The notes under the pieces were generated by a model. That model saw only the letters and a program-made list of their open reading frames with translations, had not been told where the DNA came from and did no database searches. From Dehalococcoidia bacterium (GTDB lineage: Bacteria; Chloroflexota; Dehalococcoidia; Lucifugimonadales; UBA826): 64,000 bases of DNA. Shown here one piece after another: positions 30,081 to 40,538 of the stretch. The translations under genes and the position numbers were made by a program. Every line of letters starts with the position of its first letter. Position 1 is the first letter of the stretch. The stretch covers positions 2,520-66,519 of the forward strand of contig JAPYSB010000007.1 of the NCBI GenBank assembly GCA_029936675.1, written 5' to 3'.

Positions 30081-30968
30081 ATGCCATACGGTAGTGGGGA
30101 CTATACATACGAAGTCGATCAAGACTGGGGCAGGTTGCCAGAGGGGTACGAATTCAATCAGGTGGCAGGGGTAGCGGTGGATAAGGAAGATAATGTCTAC
30201 CTTTATAACCGAAGTGAACATCAGGTCATGATATTTAAAAAAAATGGGGATTTTTTAAAATCCTGGGATGTTAAATTTTCCAATCCTCATGGCATGCATA
30301 TAGGACCAGATGGGAATTTTTATTTTGCTGACCGTGATGCCCATGTCGTCCTTAAATACAGTCCAGACCAAACACTTCTACTTACTCTCGGCACCTACAA
30401 TGTTGAATCAAATACCGGCTACAGTGGAAATCTGATGGTAGTTCCGCACCCGGCTGGACCCTTTAATCTGCCGACGGGGGTAGTTGTCGCCGACGACGGT
30501 AATATTTTCGTGTCGGATGGTTACGGAAATTGTAGATTCCATAAGTTCTCCCCTGATGGAGCATTACTAGATACTTGGGGTGAAGCTGGAAAAGATAACC
30601 CCATGGATTTTCATCTTCCCCATGGAATAGCCCTAAACAAAGATGGATTACTAGCAATCTGTGACCGCGAAAACCACAGAATCCAATTTACCGATCAAGA
30701 TGGGGAATTCATGTTTATTTGGGATGGATTCTTACAACCAACCGATATAGCCTTCGGACCAGATGGAGAAGCATACGTATCGGAATTGCAACACAGAATT
30801 TCAATATTAGATGCAGAAGGAAATTTGATAAGCCGGTGGGCAGATGAGAGTAGCTCATCCGCGGGTCATTTCATTGCCCCTCACGGGATCGCTGTGGACT
30901 CTTCGAAGGATATCTATGTTGGAGAGGTTTTGGAAGGAAGGCGAATACAAAAATTTATTAGGCAATAA
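30081..30968 (+). CDS. NHL-repeat protein, peptidyl-alpha-hydroxyglycine alpha-amidating lyase family
   Basis: NHL repeats with SDGYGNCR, PHGIA and CDRENHRIQ. Confidence 0.82.
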   Translation: MPYGSGDYTYEVDQDWGRLPEGYEFNQVAGVAVDKEDNVYLYNRSEHQVMIFKKNGDFLKSWDVKFSNPHGMHIGPDGNFYFADRDAHVVLKYSPDQTLLLTLGTYNVESNTGYSGNLMVVPHPAGPFNLPTGVVVADDGNIFVSDGYGNCRFHKFSPDGALLDTWGEAGKDNPMDFHLPHGIALNKDGLLAICDRENHRIQFTDQDGEFMFIWDGFLQPTDIAFGPDGEAYVSELQHRISILDAEGNLISRWADESSSSAGHFIAPHGIAVDSSKDIYVGEVLEGRRIQKFIRQ

Positions 30969-31000
30969 TCAAAAAGTAAAAATAATCTAGGAGATATTAA

Positions 31001-32644
31001 ATGAACGGTGACCAATTAATGGCCAGTTTACTGAAGAAAGAAGGAACTGAATGGATTTCCTGTTTCCCGGCTCAAACCTTGATTGAGGCTTGCTCACAGG
31101 AAGGAATCAGACCTATCCTCTGCAGACAAGAACGAGCTGGGGTAAATATGGCCGACGCATACAGTCGGATCCACAATGGTAACAAGATCGGGGTCTTTAC
31201 CATGCAACATGGTCCAGGCGCAGAGAATGCATTTGGAGGAGTAGCACAAGCTTATGCTGATAATGTACCCATGCTACTGATACCAGGGGGATCTACTGAA
31301 AGAAGAGTAGGGGTTCATCCTGGATTTGACGCAATCCCAAACTATCAACATATAACTAAATGGGCAGGCCGTATAAACACAATCGAACGCATACCAGAAA
31401 TGGTTAGCCAAGCATTCACCCATTTGAGAAATGGAAGACCTGGTCCTGTATTACTCGAATTGCCAGGTGATGTTGCCCATGCTGAAGTTCCAGCAGGTAT
31501 AGAAGAATACCAACCCAGTCGGTCATATAAATCATATGCAGCAAATGAGGATGTGAGGGATATAGTCACCGCTTTGCTAAAGGCAGAAGCACCCGTTATA
31601 AACGCAGGCCAAGGCACATTGTATGCCGAAGCCACAGACGAACTAATAGAATTTGCCGAGTTAGTCAATGTTCCGGTCATGACTACCCTCGCTGGTAAAA
31701 GTGCCTATCCAGAAGATCACGCCTTAGCATTAGGCACTGGAGGCAATACGGGCACCTTAATGGTTGACAGATTCCTCCAAAACACAGATTTCGTTTTGGG
31801 AATAGGAACTAGTTTCGCAATATCAAACTTCACTGCACCAATGCCACCAGGGGCCACCAAAGCACAAATTACCAACACCGCTGAGGACATTAACAGAGAC
31901 TACCGTGTCGAATACGGTGCGGTCGGTGATGCTAAATTAGTTTTACAGCAATTGATTGAGGAAGCAAAATCTCAGCTAGGTGAGCATGGCAGAGGTGATG
32001 TGCACGGGGTAAAAGAAAAGATATCGATAATAAAAGACGAATTCATGAAAGAATGGGGACCAAGATTAAATTCAGATGAGACCCCTATGAGCCCATACCG
32101 AGTATTCAATGAGATGATGAAGGCCATCGATCCTAGAAATGCTATAGTCACTCATGACTCTGGGTATCCTAGAAATCAGCTTGTTCCATTTTGGCCGGCT
32201 CTCACTCCCCGCTCCTATATCGGTTGGGGTAAGTCAACACAACTGGGGTACGGCTTAGGGTTAGCGCTTGGCGCCAAAGTTGCAGCACCGGATAAGATAG
32301 TCATAAATGTTATGGGAGACGCTGCATTTGGTATGTCAGGTTTGGATATAGAGACTGCTAGTCGATCCGGACTTGGAACAATAACGATCGTATTGAATAA
32401 TGGTGTCATGACACACTATTACGACCACTTTCCACACGCTACTGAGAATTGGAAGAGTAATGAATTAGGCGGTATATATTCCGATACCGCAAAAAGTCTG
32501 GGAGCACATGGTGAGCGAATACATAATCCGGATGAAATAGGTCAGGCAATGACAAGAGCTGTAGAAGCTGCTAAGGGTGGGCAACCTGTACTACTGGAAA
32601 TGATTACCAAAGAAGAAGAAACTATCTCAACCTATGGAAGATAG
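31001..32644 (+). CDS. Thiamine pyrophosphate-requiring enzyme (acetolactate synthase-like)
   Basis: Motifs CRQER, GRPGPVLLELP and the TPP motif GDAAFGM...NNG. Confidence 0.9.
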   Translation: MNGDQLMASLLKKEGTEWISCFPAQTLIEACSQEGIRPILCRQERAGVNMADAYSRIHNGNKIGVFTMQHGPGAENAFGGVAQAYADNVPMLLIPGGSTERRVGVHPGFDAIPNYQHITKWAGRINTIERIPEMVSQAFTHLRNGRPGPVLLELPGDVAHAEVPAGIEEYQPSRSYKSYAANEDVRDIVTALLKAEAPVINAGQGTLYAEATDELIEFAELVNVPVMTTLAGKSAYPEDHALALGTGGNTGTLMVDRFLQNTDFVLGIGTSFAISNFTAPMPPGATKAQITNTAEDINRDYRVEYGAVGDAKLVLQQLIEEAKSQLGEHGRGDVHGVKEKISIIKDEFMKEWGPRLNSDETPMSPYRVFNEMMKAIDPRNAIVTHDSGYPRNQLVPFWPALTPRSYIGWGKSTQLGYGLGLALGAKVAAPDKIVINVMGDAAFGMSGLDIETASRSGLGTITIVLNNGVMTHYYDHFPHATENWKSNELGGIYSDTAKSLGAHGERIHNPDEIGQAMTRAVEAAKGGQPVLLEMITKEEETISTYGR

Positions 32645-32678
32645 ACGATAGGATTCTGTGTACACACTGATTTTTATT

Positions 32679-33596
32679 CTATATTGTCGCCGTGTACACA
32701 GAATTCATAGCTAATGGTCTGAATTTGCGTTTGTATTGCCTCAACCCATCAATATTTAGATCGCTGGCGTCATTGACCAACTTGTAATCCCTTAACATCC
32801 CAAAAGTTTTCCACCTAAGATATTCCGATAACCCATCAATTCCTATCACAGTCTTTGCCACAAAAAAGCAGGCCGTATTTTGGTTTATAGGGCCAGCCAT
32901 AGAAAACCCAACCAATTTTTTCTCTACCTCCACCCCCCAAGCCATTAAATCTCCTGTATCAAAATCACCAATGGAATTAAGGGCAGCTCGTGTATAGCCC
33001 CAATCCAACAGAAATTTATTTTTCCTCCCTTGAAGGGAACGCCATTTCCCCAGCATTTCCAAGGCTGCAGGCACATCGTTTTTTTCCATTTGAAAAAATA
33101 TGGGATTTTTTCTGGTTGCCCTATTAATTTTCTTTCTAATATCCCTAAACATTCCGCCTTCTAAACGAAAGACCACATTTGGATCATAAAGATATTCATT
33201 CTCTCTCTTTTCAATATGGATATCATCCCTAAATATATTTCGGAGATGTAAAACGTCTGAAGAATCAACCCACAAAATTCGCATTTCTGATTGATTCAGA
33301 GAATCCTTAACGCGTGAAAGATAAGTCTTTGTTTCCGAAGTCAAAGTGGAGGGGGGTATAACGAGGTCAATTCGATTAGAGTTTTTCCCAGTTATATGTT
33401 GGAACAAGAAAAATGAGTCTCCTTTTCGAGTCAGGTAGAGAGGCCTTCCAGGCGGTAAGCTATAGCAAGCAAGGTAGGGAGCAAAATAAACCCAGGCATT
33501 TCTTTCTATTTTGTTGAATATTGCCCTCAGCGAAGCAATATCAAAAATTGTTAAAATTTTGTAATTGTCTGATATATCTTGAAATAATTTCCTCAG
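32679..33596 (-). CDS. DUF2156 / phosphatidylglycerol lysyltransferase C-terminal domain (GNAT-fold) protein
   Basis: Motifs EYLYD...LEGGMFRDIRKKINR and NDASDLNIDGLRQYKRKFRP. The frame stays open 63 codons upstream of the track start, up to CTG 33596 after an AAGGAG SD. Confidence 0.78.
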   Translation of the reverse strand: MRKLFQDISDNYKILTIFDIASLRAIFNKIERNAWVYFAPYLACYSLPPGRPLYLTRKGDSFFLFQHITGKNSNRIDLVIPPSTLTSETKTYLSRVKDSLNQSEMRILWVDSSDVLHLRNIFRDDIHIEKRENEYLYDPNVVFRLEGGMFRDIRKKINRATRKNPIFFQMEKNDVPAALEMLGKWRSLQGRKNKFLLDWGYTRAALNSIGDFDTGDLMAWGVEVEKKLVGFSMAGPINQNTACFFVAKTVIGIDGLSEYLRWKTFGMLRDYKLVNDASDLNIDGLRQYKRKFRPLAMNSVYTATI

Positions 33597-34603
33597 CTTA
33601 AAGTCTCCTTGGAATTCGTATAAATGAGATTGCGGGGAGTCGGGTCTGAGGTTTTTAGATATCCAGATGAGAAAAATTTCCCCATCTTGCTTATCCCAGC
33701 ATGCTTTTGTGCGCCGACGTATTCGTTGAAAGCGGGGATTAGTTCTTGAGGTGAGAGACCCATACTTGCTATATTTTTGAACAAACGGGCATTTTCAGCT
33801 GGAATTAGATTCGAATAGGATACAAACCCTAAACCGTTCGTTCGTTCTTTTAACATCTCCGTACCAACGGAAATGAACCTCGTCAAACCCTCCACCGTAT
33901 ACGGTGGATCTGTAATAAATACATCCTGAGAATTTTTGTAACATGAGGGGATTTCCTCAATAAAATCGATTTTATTCAGGCGTATCTCAAAATTAAGTTT
34001 AAAGCTCATAGATTCAATGAAATTTAATATTCTCTCATCAATATCAAAAACGTTTAAGCTATTTATTTTTAATCCGAATTGTGTAGCAAAAAGAATCATG
34101 GCAAGTGAAGTCAAATCATCATCCCCTAATATTGCTATATCCCTTCCCTCTATTGAGTCATTTTGATGGAAATACATAAGCCTTTTAAAACACGTCAGGG
34201 AGGTCGCATGCGATTGATCAAGACTATAGTCAGGAGAAGGTCTTTGTTTCGTCAATTCATCGAATTGAGAGGCCAACCTGGTTACTGTATCTGAAACTTC
34301 ATACTGCCAATGAAAGTCAGGGATCTTAGTGTCAAGTATTCCAATAGAACGCAAAAGCTTGATTCCCGTGTCTGTCAAGATCGCACCCCCTTTCCTTGAA
34401 AGGAGTTTCCTTTTCTCTAATTCCCGGCGAGTTGCTGAGAGTGCCGGTACAGGTATGCCGGTCGCCCTCGAAATATCATGTATAGGCACCGTTTCCCCTC
34501 TAAATATTTCCCTCATGATTAGCCTAACCCCCTGATATCCTTCCTGCAATCGGGAATCCACAGAAACTTGAATTAAAATTTCCTCGGCCTCGGACTTATC
34601 CAT
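33593..34603 (-). CDS. Bis-aminopropyl spermidine synthase family protein (BpsA/DUF43-like)
   Basis: N-terminal winged-helix segment, RPSPDYSLDQ, IAILGDDDLTSLA, DIDERIL and DVFITDPPYT..GL..F. Confidence 0.85.
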   Translation of the reverse strand: MDKSEAEEILIQVSVDSRLQEGYQGVRLIMREIFRGETVPIHDISRATGIPVPALSATRRELEKRKLLSRKGGAILTDTGIKLLRSIGILDTKIPDFHWQYEVSDTVTRLASQFDELTKQRPSPDYSLDQSHATSLTCFKRLMYFHQNDSIEGRDIAILGDDDLTSLAMILFATQFGLKINSLNVFDIDERILNFIESMSFKLNFEIRLNKIDFIEEIPSCYKNSQDVFITDPPYTVEGLTRFISVGTEMLKERTNGLGFVSYSNLIPAENARLFKNIASMGLSPQELIPAFNEYVGAQKHAGISKMGKFFSSGYLKTSDPTPRNLIYTNSKETLS

Positions 34604-34756
34604 AAATTACACATACCCCTCGATAATACTAATTTTATGCTGTCGGAATGATAAAACGTAATTCCACAGCTTGCTTCATCCACAAATGACAAGTAATGGA
34701 AATGTTATACTCCGCCTCATCTTAGCGGTAAGTACGAAATTTAGGGAGAGCAAGTT

Positions 34757-36403
34757 ATGTTGGTAATAGATGCTATTTCACAAATTCTAAAGAAAGAAGG
34801 TGTGAAGTACCTTAGTGCTTTTCCCACAACCTCAGTTATAGAGGCAGCGGCCGAATCAGGCATCAAACCGATAATATGTAGACAAGAACGGGTCGGGGTG
34901 GGGATTGCCGACGGTTATTCGAGAATTACCACAGGTAGCCCTCCTGGCGTTTTTGCAATGCAATATGGCCCTGGAGCCGAAAATGCCTACCCAGGAGTGG
35001 CAACAGCATTCGCCGATTCAGTACCTGTGCTATTTTTGCCCCTTGGTCACAGAAGGGATCGTGATAGGGTCTTTCCGCATTTTAATTCAGTTGATAGCTT
35101 CTCTTCCGTTACTAAATATGTCGAGCAACTAAATGAAGCAGGGTCAGTTGCAGACACAATGAGAAGAGCTTTTTCACGTTTAAAAAACGGCCGGCCAGGG
35201 CCAGTAATGGTTGAAATACCTATTGACGTCGCCGAGCAAGAAATCGAGGCATCGACAATCTCACGGTACGAGAAAGCAATGACTGTGCGTTCTTCAGCTG
35301 AGGAGGAGGCCGTACTGAGGGTAGCTAAAACTATCCTTAGTTCAAAAACGCCTCTAATATACGCAGGGCAGGGAGTGCTATATTCTGGTGCGTCTCGAGA
35401 GTTACAAGAATTAGCAGAACTAACTAACATACCTGTCACTACCACAATGGCAGGCAAAGGTTCTATTGATGAACGCCATCCTTTATCTCTTGGTAGTTCA
35501 TCTGTCGTAATGAATGGCGCCGTTCTACACTACATGAAAACAAGTGACACATTGCTGGCAATAGGCACCAGCCTCACAAAGCATGGAATGGTAACCACAA
35601 TCCCAGACGGGAAAAATATTATTCATATCACTAATGATCCTATTGACATTGGAAACTATTATCAGCCTGACGATGCCTTACAGGGGGATGCGAAATTAGT
35701 CATTCGGCAATTAATAGAGGCGTGCTCTGATTTACTTTCTACTCGAGATAGGCCGGAATCCCCTGCCAACCATATTAGAGAAATAAAATCGGAATGGAAA
35801 AAGGGTTGGGAGAAAAAATTAACCTCCAAAGAGTCTCCAATAACTCCGTACAGAGTGATAAATGAATTCATGAAAGCCACAGACCCATCCCAGAACATAG
35901 TGACGCATGATTCGGGTAGCCCAAGGGACCAGATCATGCCTTTTTATGAATCGGGAGGCCCAGGCACCTACATAGGCTGGGGGAAATCACATGGCCTAGG
36001 TACAGGTCTAGGGCTGAATATGGGAGCAAAATTAGCCTCTCCCGAAAAATTTGTTGTGAACTTCATGGGGGATGCAGCCTTCGGCATGACGGGGTTAGAT
36101 TTTGAGACTGCTGTTAGAAGCGGTATTCCGATTTTAACTGTGGTCCTTAATAATTCAACGATGGCCATAGAGACAGCTCATATGGCTTCCTCACATGAAC
36201 TGTACAGTACAAGGAACTTGGGTGGTGATTATGCAGACATGGCTAGAGCTATGGGTGGCTGGAGTGAAAGAGTCGATGACCCGGCAAAAATACAAGACGC
36301 ATTCTTTAGGGCAAAAAAGGCAACTGAAAACGGACACTCTGCGCTCCTGGAATTTATAACCTCGGAAGAGCAGGATTTTTCGTTCAGAGGAGCATTACGT
36401 TAG
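34757..36403 (+). CDS. Thiamine pyrophosphate-requiring enzyme (paralog of 31001..32644)
   Basis: Motifs CRQER, GRPGPV, THDSGSPR, YIGWGKS and GDAAFGM. Confidence 0.9.
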   Translation: MLVIDAISQILKKEGVKYLSAFPTTSVIEAAAESGIKPIICRQERVGVGIADGYSRITTGSPPGVFAMQYGPGAENAYPGVATAFADSVPVLFLPLGHRRDRDRVFPHFNSVDSFSSVTKYVEQLNEAGSVADTMRRAFSRLKNGRPGPVMVEIPIDVAEQEIEASTISRYEKAMTVRSSAEEEAVLRVAKTILSSKTPLIYAGQGVLYSGASRELQELAELTNIPVTTTMAGKGSIDERHPLSLGSSSVVMNGAVLHYMKTSDTLLAIGTSLTKHGMVTTIPDGKNIIHITNDPIDIGNYYQPDDALQGDAKLVIRQLIEACSDLLSTRDRPESPANHIREIKSEWKKGWEKKLTSKESPITPYRVINEFMKATDPSQNIVTHDSGSPRDQIMPFYESGGPGTYIGWGKSHGLGTGLGLNMGAKLASPEKFVVNFMGDAAFGMTGLDFETAVRSGIPILTVVLNNSTMAIETAHMASSHELYSTRNLGGDYADMARAMGGWSERVDDPAKIQDAFFRAKKATENGHSALLEFITSEEQDFSFRGALR

Positions 36404-36469
36404 CGATGTGTTCCCGTAAATTTTGCAATGTCTTTGCTGCCATATATTAGATAAAAAAGGTTAGTTCAT

Positions 36470-37348
36470 ATGAAGGATATCTTAAACATTACCTTGTTGG
36501 GGACAGGTACTCCTGTTCCTTTAATAGAAAGAATGGGATGCAGTATTTTGGTGCAGGCTGGAGAGGACAGCATATTAATCGATTGCGGTAGAGGAGCTGT
36601 GCAAAGGATCAACCAGACTGAAACTCATATAAATTCAGTGACCACCGTGTTGTTGACTCATTTACATTACGATCATTACATCGGAGTCCCTGATTTATGG
36701 CTCACAGGATGGCTCTACGGCAGGACGCAGGCAATGTCAGTGTATGGACCCCCAGGTACAACAAACATGATTCGCCACTTATCCAAGGCCTTTGAGATAG
36801 ATGTCCACATACGAAGAGATCTAGACGAGAAATTTGATCCAGAAGGCGCACTAATTTCAGGAAATGACATTGTTCCCGGATTTATTTATGAAAAATCAGG
36901 GTTGCAGATTCAATCCTTTGAGGTAGATCATTATCCTGTTCCAGATGCGATGGGATACATAATCACTTACGGGAAGAGGAAAGTAGTCATCTCAGGTGAC
37001 ACTAGATACATGCCTACCATGGCTTCAATAGCAAAAGAAGCTGACCTTTTGATTCACGAAGTTGCAGCACCTGAGGCAATATGGAAAAGATCAACTATGA
37101 TCGGTAGAAACCCTGAACACACCAAGAAAATTATCGATCATCATGCGACGCCGTCACAAGTAGGCTCGATTTTCGCAGAATCAAAACCTAGGTTAGGAGC
37201 CTTGTATCATATTGTGGGAGGCCCTGGAGCGGAAGAAGAGATATCAGAAACCATCAAAAAAGTGTACGACGGAGATTTCCTCATACCAGATGACCTCACT
37301 GTTATTGAAATTGGAGACGAGATCAAAATATCCAAGGTACCTAGTTGA
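36470..37348 (+). CDS. MBL-fold metallo-hydrolase (RNase Z/AtsA arylsulfatase family)
   Basis: Motifs LLGTGTP, THLHYDH, ISGDT and LLIHE. Confidence 0.85.
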   Translation: MKDILNITLLGTGTPVPLIERMGCSILVQAGEDSILIDCGRGAVQRINQTETHINSVTTVLLTHLHYDHYIGVPDLWLTGWLYGRTQAMSVYGPPGTTNMIRHLSKAFEIDVHIRRDLDEKFDPEGALISGNDIVPGFIYEKSGLQIQSFEVDHYPVPDAMGYIITYGKRKVVISGDTRYMPTMASIAKEADLLIHEVAAPEAIWKRSTMIGRNPEHTKKIIDHHATPSQVGSIFAESKPRLGALYHIVGGPGAEEEISETIKKVYDGDFLIPDDLTVIEIGDEIKISKVPS

Positions 37349-37359
37349 ATATTACCAAC

Positions 37360-38805
37360 CTAACCTCGATCAATTATCTCAAGTGTCTTCTTCTTCACTA
37401 ACTCCTTATCATAGCTAGCAAAACTAAGGGCAGCAGTTCGATGAGGGTCACCACTAAAAAACCTTTCGTACAAAACTTGGCGGCCACCAAATGAACTTAT
37501 ACTAATATCCCAGCCCATACGAAAAAGCTTGGTCCGTTGCTTGGCATCCAGTGTATCAGTCGATAAATACTCCTCAAGCAATCCTCCAATATCGGAATCG
37601 AAGTCTGCCTCAGTCGGGACAGCTATTAGACTGCTAGATCCAATAAGTTGCAAAATCTCAATTAACCTAGGATATGCAGAGGTGAAAGAGGATTTCGCAG
37701 CAGACAGAGAAGCAGAATCTGGCTCCATGACCCCCCATTCGTTCATTTTAGCATTAGAGATGGAAGCTTCAAGGCAAGCTTTACTAACCTCATAGGGGGT
37801 TATCAATTCTGAAGCAAGAGCTTGTATATATGGAATTTCATTCGTACTTAAAGCTTCTGTCATTAAAGCAGCTAACCCAAGCACAAATTCCGCCTTAGCC
37901 ATATTTTTGGTCACTATTTGTTGGTTAATATGGGGTCCTGCTCTAGTGTTCGAAAAAGCGGAATTGGATATTTCAACATTATTGAAAATAAATACTTTTT
38001 CCCAAGGTACAAATACATCGTCAAATATAACGATTGCATCACCCTCATCAAATTTTGAGGACAGCGGATGGTCAAAAGAAGATCTGCCGACAGACAATGC
38101 TTCCCTGCACAAGAATTTTAGTCCTGGAGTATCGCAAGATACACCAAAAGCCAAAGCGTACTTTGATGCATCCTTATCGGTTGGTACAACCGATGATGGA
38201 AATACTAATATTTCGTCGGAGAGCGGGGCAAGAGTGGCTAATATACGAGCACCTTTCACTATGATCCCATCGTCTCTCTCACGTTTAACATGTAATCCGA
38301 GATCATCACCTTTAGCATAGGAAGGGTATTTCTTTGTTTTGCGTACATTTACCAAGGTATGGGTGAGAGTTAAATCATTTTCCATCACATATCTGAAGTA
38401 ATTCTGAATATTTTGGCCAAACATTCTATCCTCTCTGCCAAAAAAATCAGAGGCAGCTGAACAAGCCATCAATATTACATTCATGTAGTCGGGAGTCCTA
38501 GCCAAAACTCCGCCACTGAATCTTGCCCAATTAAGCATCATATTGCCTCTTTGAATCAAATGATCCTTTGAGGTGGGTGTAATGAAGGAAAGTCCTTCAG
38601 GTTTATCATTACTCTCTGGGTTGAAAGTCATTTTTGAAGAAAGGCCAACATCATGTTGCATTTCGTACAAAGATGCTATGGAGTCGGCACAACCCGAGAA
38701 GGCTCTGTGACTGGTTACATCTTCAACCTTCTCACCTTCAATCCAGAGATCTTTTGGGTGTAACCGTAACCTTTCCAGATATTGGTTCCCATTCTTAGCT
38801 GGCAC
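37360..38805 (-). CDS. hpaB: 4-hydroxyphenylacetate 3-monooxygenase oxygenase component-like
   Basis: Motifs RTPDYMN, GARILATLAP, FDHPLSSKFDEGDA and FGGRQVLYERFFSGDP. Confidence 0.85.
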   Translation of the reverse strand: MPAKNGNQYLERLRLHPKDLWIEGEKVEDVTSHRAFSGCADSIASLYEMQHDVGLSSKMTFNPESNDKPEGLSFITPTSKDHLIQRGNMMLNWARFSGGVLARTPDYMNVILMACSAASDFFGREDRMFGQNIQNYFRYVMENDLTLTHTLVNVRKTKKYPSYAKGDDLGLHVKRERDDGIIVKGARILATLAPLSDEILVFPSSVVPTDKDASKYALAFGVSCDTPGLKFLCREALSVGRSSFDHPLSSKFDEGDAIVIFDDVFVPWEKVFIFNNVEISNSAFSNTRAGPHINQQIVTKNMAKAEFVLGLAALMTEALSTNEIPYIQALASELITPYEVSKACLEASISNAKMNEWGVMEPDSASLSAAKSSFTSAYPRLIEILQLIGSSSLIAVPTEADFDSDIGGLLEEYLSTDTLDAKQRTKLFRMGWDISISSFGGRQVLYERFFSGDPHRTAALSFASYDKELVKKKTLEIIDRG

Positions 38806-38833
38806 TTTGCACCTACTATCCCGTCACAAGCCT

Positions 38834-39322
38834 CTAGGATGAGGAGGTGATTTCAGCGTCAGTTAATTTTTTTGCTTTTACACCATCGAGAGAATCTGGG
38901 AAATCTCCAGCGAACAAATACCCGTCTTTCGGCCAAGATGATTTGGGCATTTCGTAGAAAATTTCGATCTCGTTACCATCAGGGTCAGATATGTAAAACC
39001 CTAAAGACACTCCATGATCCGCGACGCTTCTAATTTCTAGGCCCTCAGCAATGCACTTCCGATGTATTTCCTTAACATCCTCCAATGATTCCATTTCCCA
39101 TGCAAAATGTGCGAGAGAGTGAGTAGCAGAATCCTCTATGCCATCAGATTTAATGAGAGCTAGCTCATGAGAAGCATCCTCTCGAGCACTCATAAATATC
39201 ATGGTCCCAGTGGGCCGTCTGGTAGTTACATGTAACCCCAGAATATTTGTGTAAAATTTTTCAGAATCATCAATATCATTTGCACGCAGGACAATATGTC
39301 CTAGCTGTTTTACTTTTACCAT
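38834..39322 (-). CDS. VOC family (glyoxalase/extradiol dioxygenase-like) protein
   Basis: Motifs LGHIVL, HELAL, LAHFAW and DHGVS...Y..DPDGNEIE. Confidence 0.85.
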   Translation of the reverse strand: MVKVKQLGHIVLRANDIDDSEKFYTNILGLHVTTRRPTGTMIFMSAREDASHELALIKSDGIEDSATHSLAHFAWEMESLEDVKEIHRKCIAEGLEIRSVADHGVSLGFYISDPDGNEIEIFYEMPKSSWPKDGYLFAGDFPDSLDGVKAKKLTDAEITSSS

Positions 39323-39427
39323 AATTAGTAACCTCCCACTAAATGACCTTTGAAATAAAATAACCCCAGTGAAACGATATTTTCTCCTTATAACTCAACA
39401 GTTAAACAAGGAAAGGTAGGTTTAATC

Positions 39428-40489
39428 CTATCCCTCTCTTGGAAACCAATAGCACCCATATTCGTCAACGCAGGGGGCACAATGGGCAACTATATGACCG
39501 GGAGAAACCTCTTTCATGACGATCTCATTAGCGTCACAGGCTGGGTCAGGGGACGGACAGAGAGGGTCGTAACTGCAGGCGGACGGTGGAGACATCGGGC
39601 TCGGAACACCCCCTCTCAATACTATCCTTTCTCTATCAGCCTCCATTAGCGGATCTGGTATTGGAACAGCAGACAACAAAGCTTTGGTATATGGGTGAAC
39701 TGGATTATCGTATAGTTCATTTCTCTCTGCTATCTCGACGATATGGCCTAGGTACATAACCGCAATTCGATCACTAATGTGCTTCACCACTGATAAATCA
39801 TGGGCGATGAATAGATATGTAAGGCCCAAATCTTCCTGAAGATCTTCAAGCAGGTTGATTATTTGCGCCTGAATCGACACGTCCAAAGCCGACACCGGCT
39901 CATCGCACACTATGAAACTGGGATTAACCGCTAGGGCCCTGGCTATACCTATCCTTTGTCTCTGGCCTCCACTAAATTCATGGGGATATCTATCTGCCAT
40001 GTACGGGCTCAGGCCACAAGTCGTTAGCAACTCCGAAACCCTATCTCTATATTCACCTCTGCTAGCAGTCAGCTTATGCACTTTCAAGGGTTCGCCAACT
40101 ATATCCCCACAGGTCATACGAGGATTCAAAGATCCATACGGATCCTGAAATATCACTTGCATTTCCCTTCTCATTCGACGAAGTTCGCCTGTGCTTAGGC
40201 TAGTCACATCCACGCCATCGAATAAAACTTCACCTGCTGTAGGTTTATACAATTGCAGGATGCATCGGCCAGTAGTTGTCTTACCACAACCACTTTCACC
40301 TACAAGACCAAGGGCCTCACCCTTTTTTATGGTAAAGCTCACATCATCTACAGCTTTTATTTCGGCGACTTTCCTCTGAAAAATAATGCCTTCGTTGACT
40401 GGGAAATACATCTTAAGATTGCTAACTTCAAGTAAAGTATCCCCCACCTGAGCGGTTGAGGCGCCATCTGTTTCTGTAACCATTTTCAC
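39428..40489 (-). CDS. oppF: Oligopeptide/dipeptide ABC transporter ATP-binding subunit
   Basis: Motifs [46 protein letters not shown] and HPYT. Confidence 0.92.
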   Translation of the reverse strand: MKMVTETDGASTAQVGDTLLEVSNLKMYFPVNEGIIFQRKVAEIKAVDDVSFTIKKGEALGLVGESGCGKTTTGRCILQLYKPTAGEVLFDGVDVTSLSTGELRRMRREMQVIFQDPYGSLNPRMTCGDIVGEPLKVHKLTASRGEYRDRVSELLTTCGLSPYMADRYPHEFSGGQRQRIGIARALAVNPSFIVCDEPVSALDVSIQAQIINLLEDLQEDLGLTYLFIAHDLSVVKHISDRIAVMYLGHIVEIAERNELYDNPVHPYTKALLSAVPIPDPLMEADRERIVLRGGVPSPMSPPSACSYDPLCPSPDPACDANEIVMKEVSPGHIVAHCAPCVDEYGCYWFPREG

Positions 40490-40538
40490 TCCACAAAATG
40501 CGATTAACTATTTATAACAAAATCTTATAGGTTTTTAA

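Noticed and set aside
34555-34685. Several xxxTCCACA-like words resembling DnaA boxes
   Set aside because: None is a perfect TTATCCACA, two lie inside a CDS, and there is no dnaA/dnaN context.
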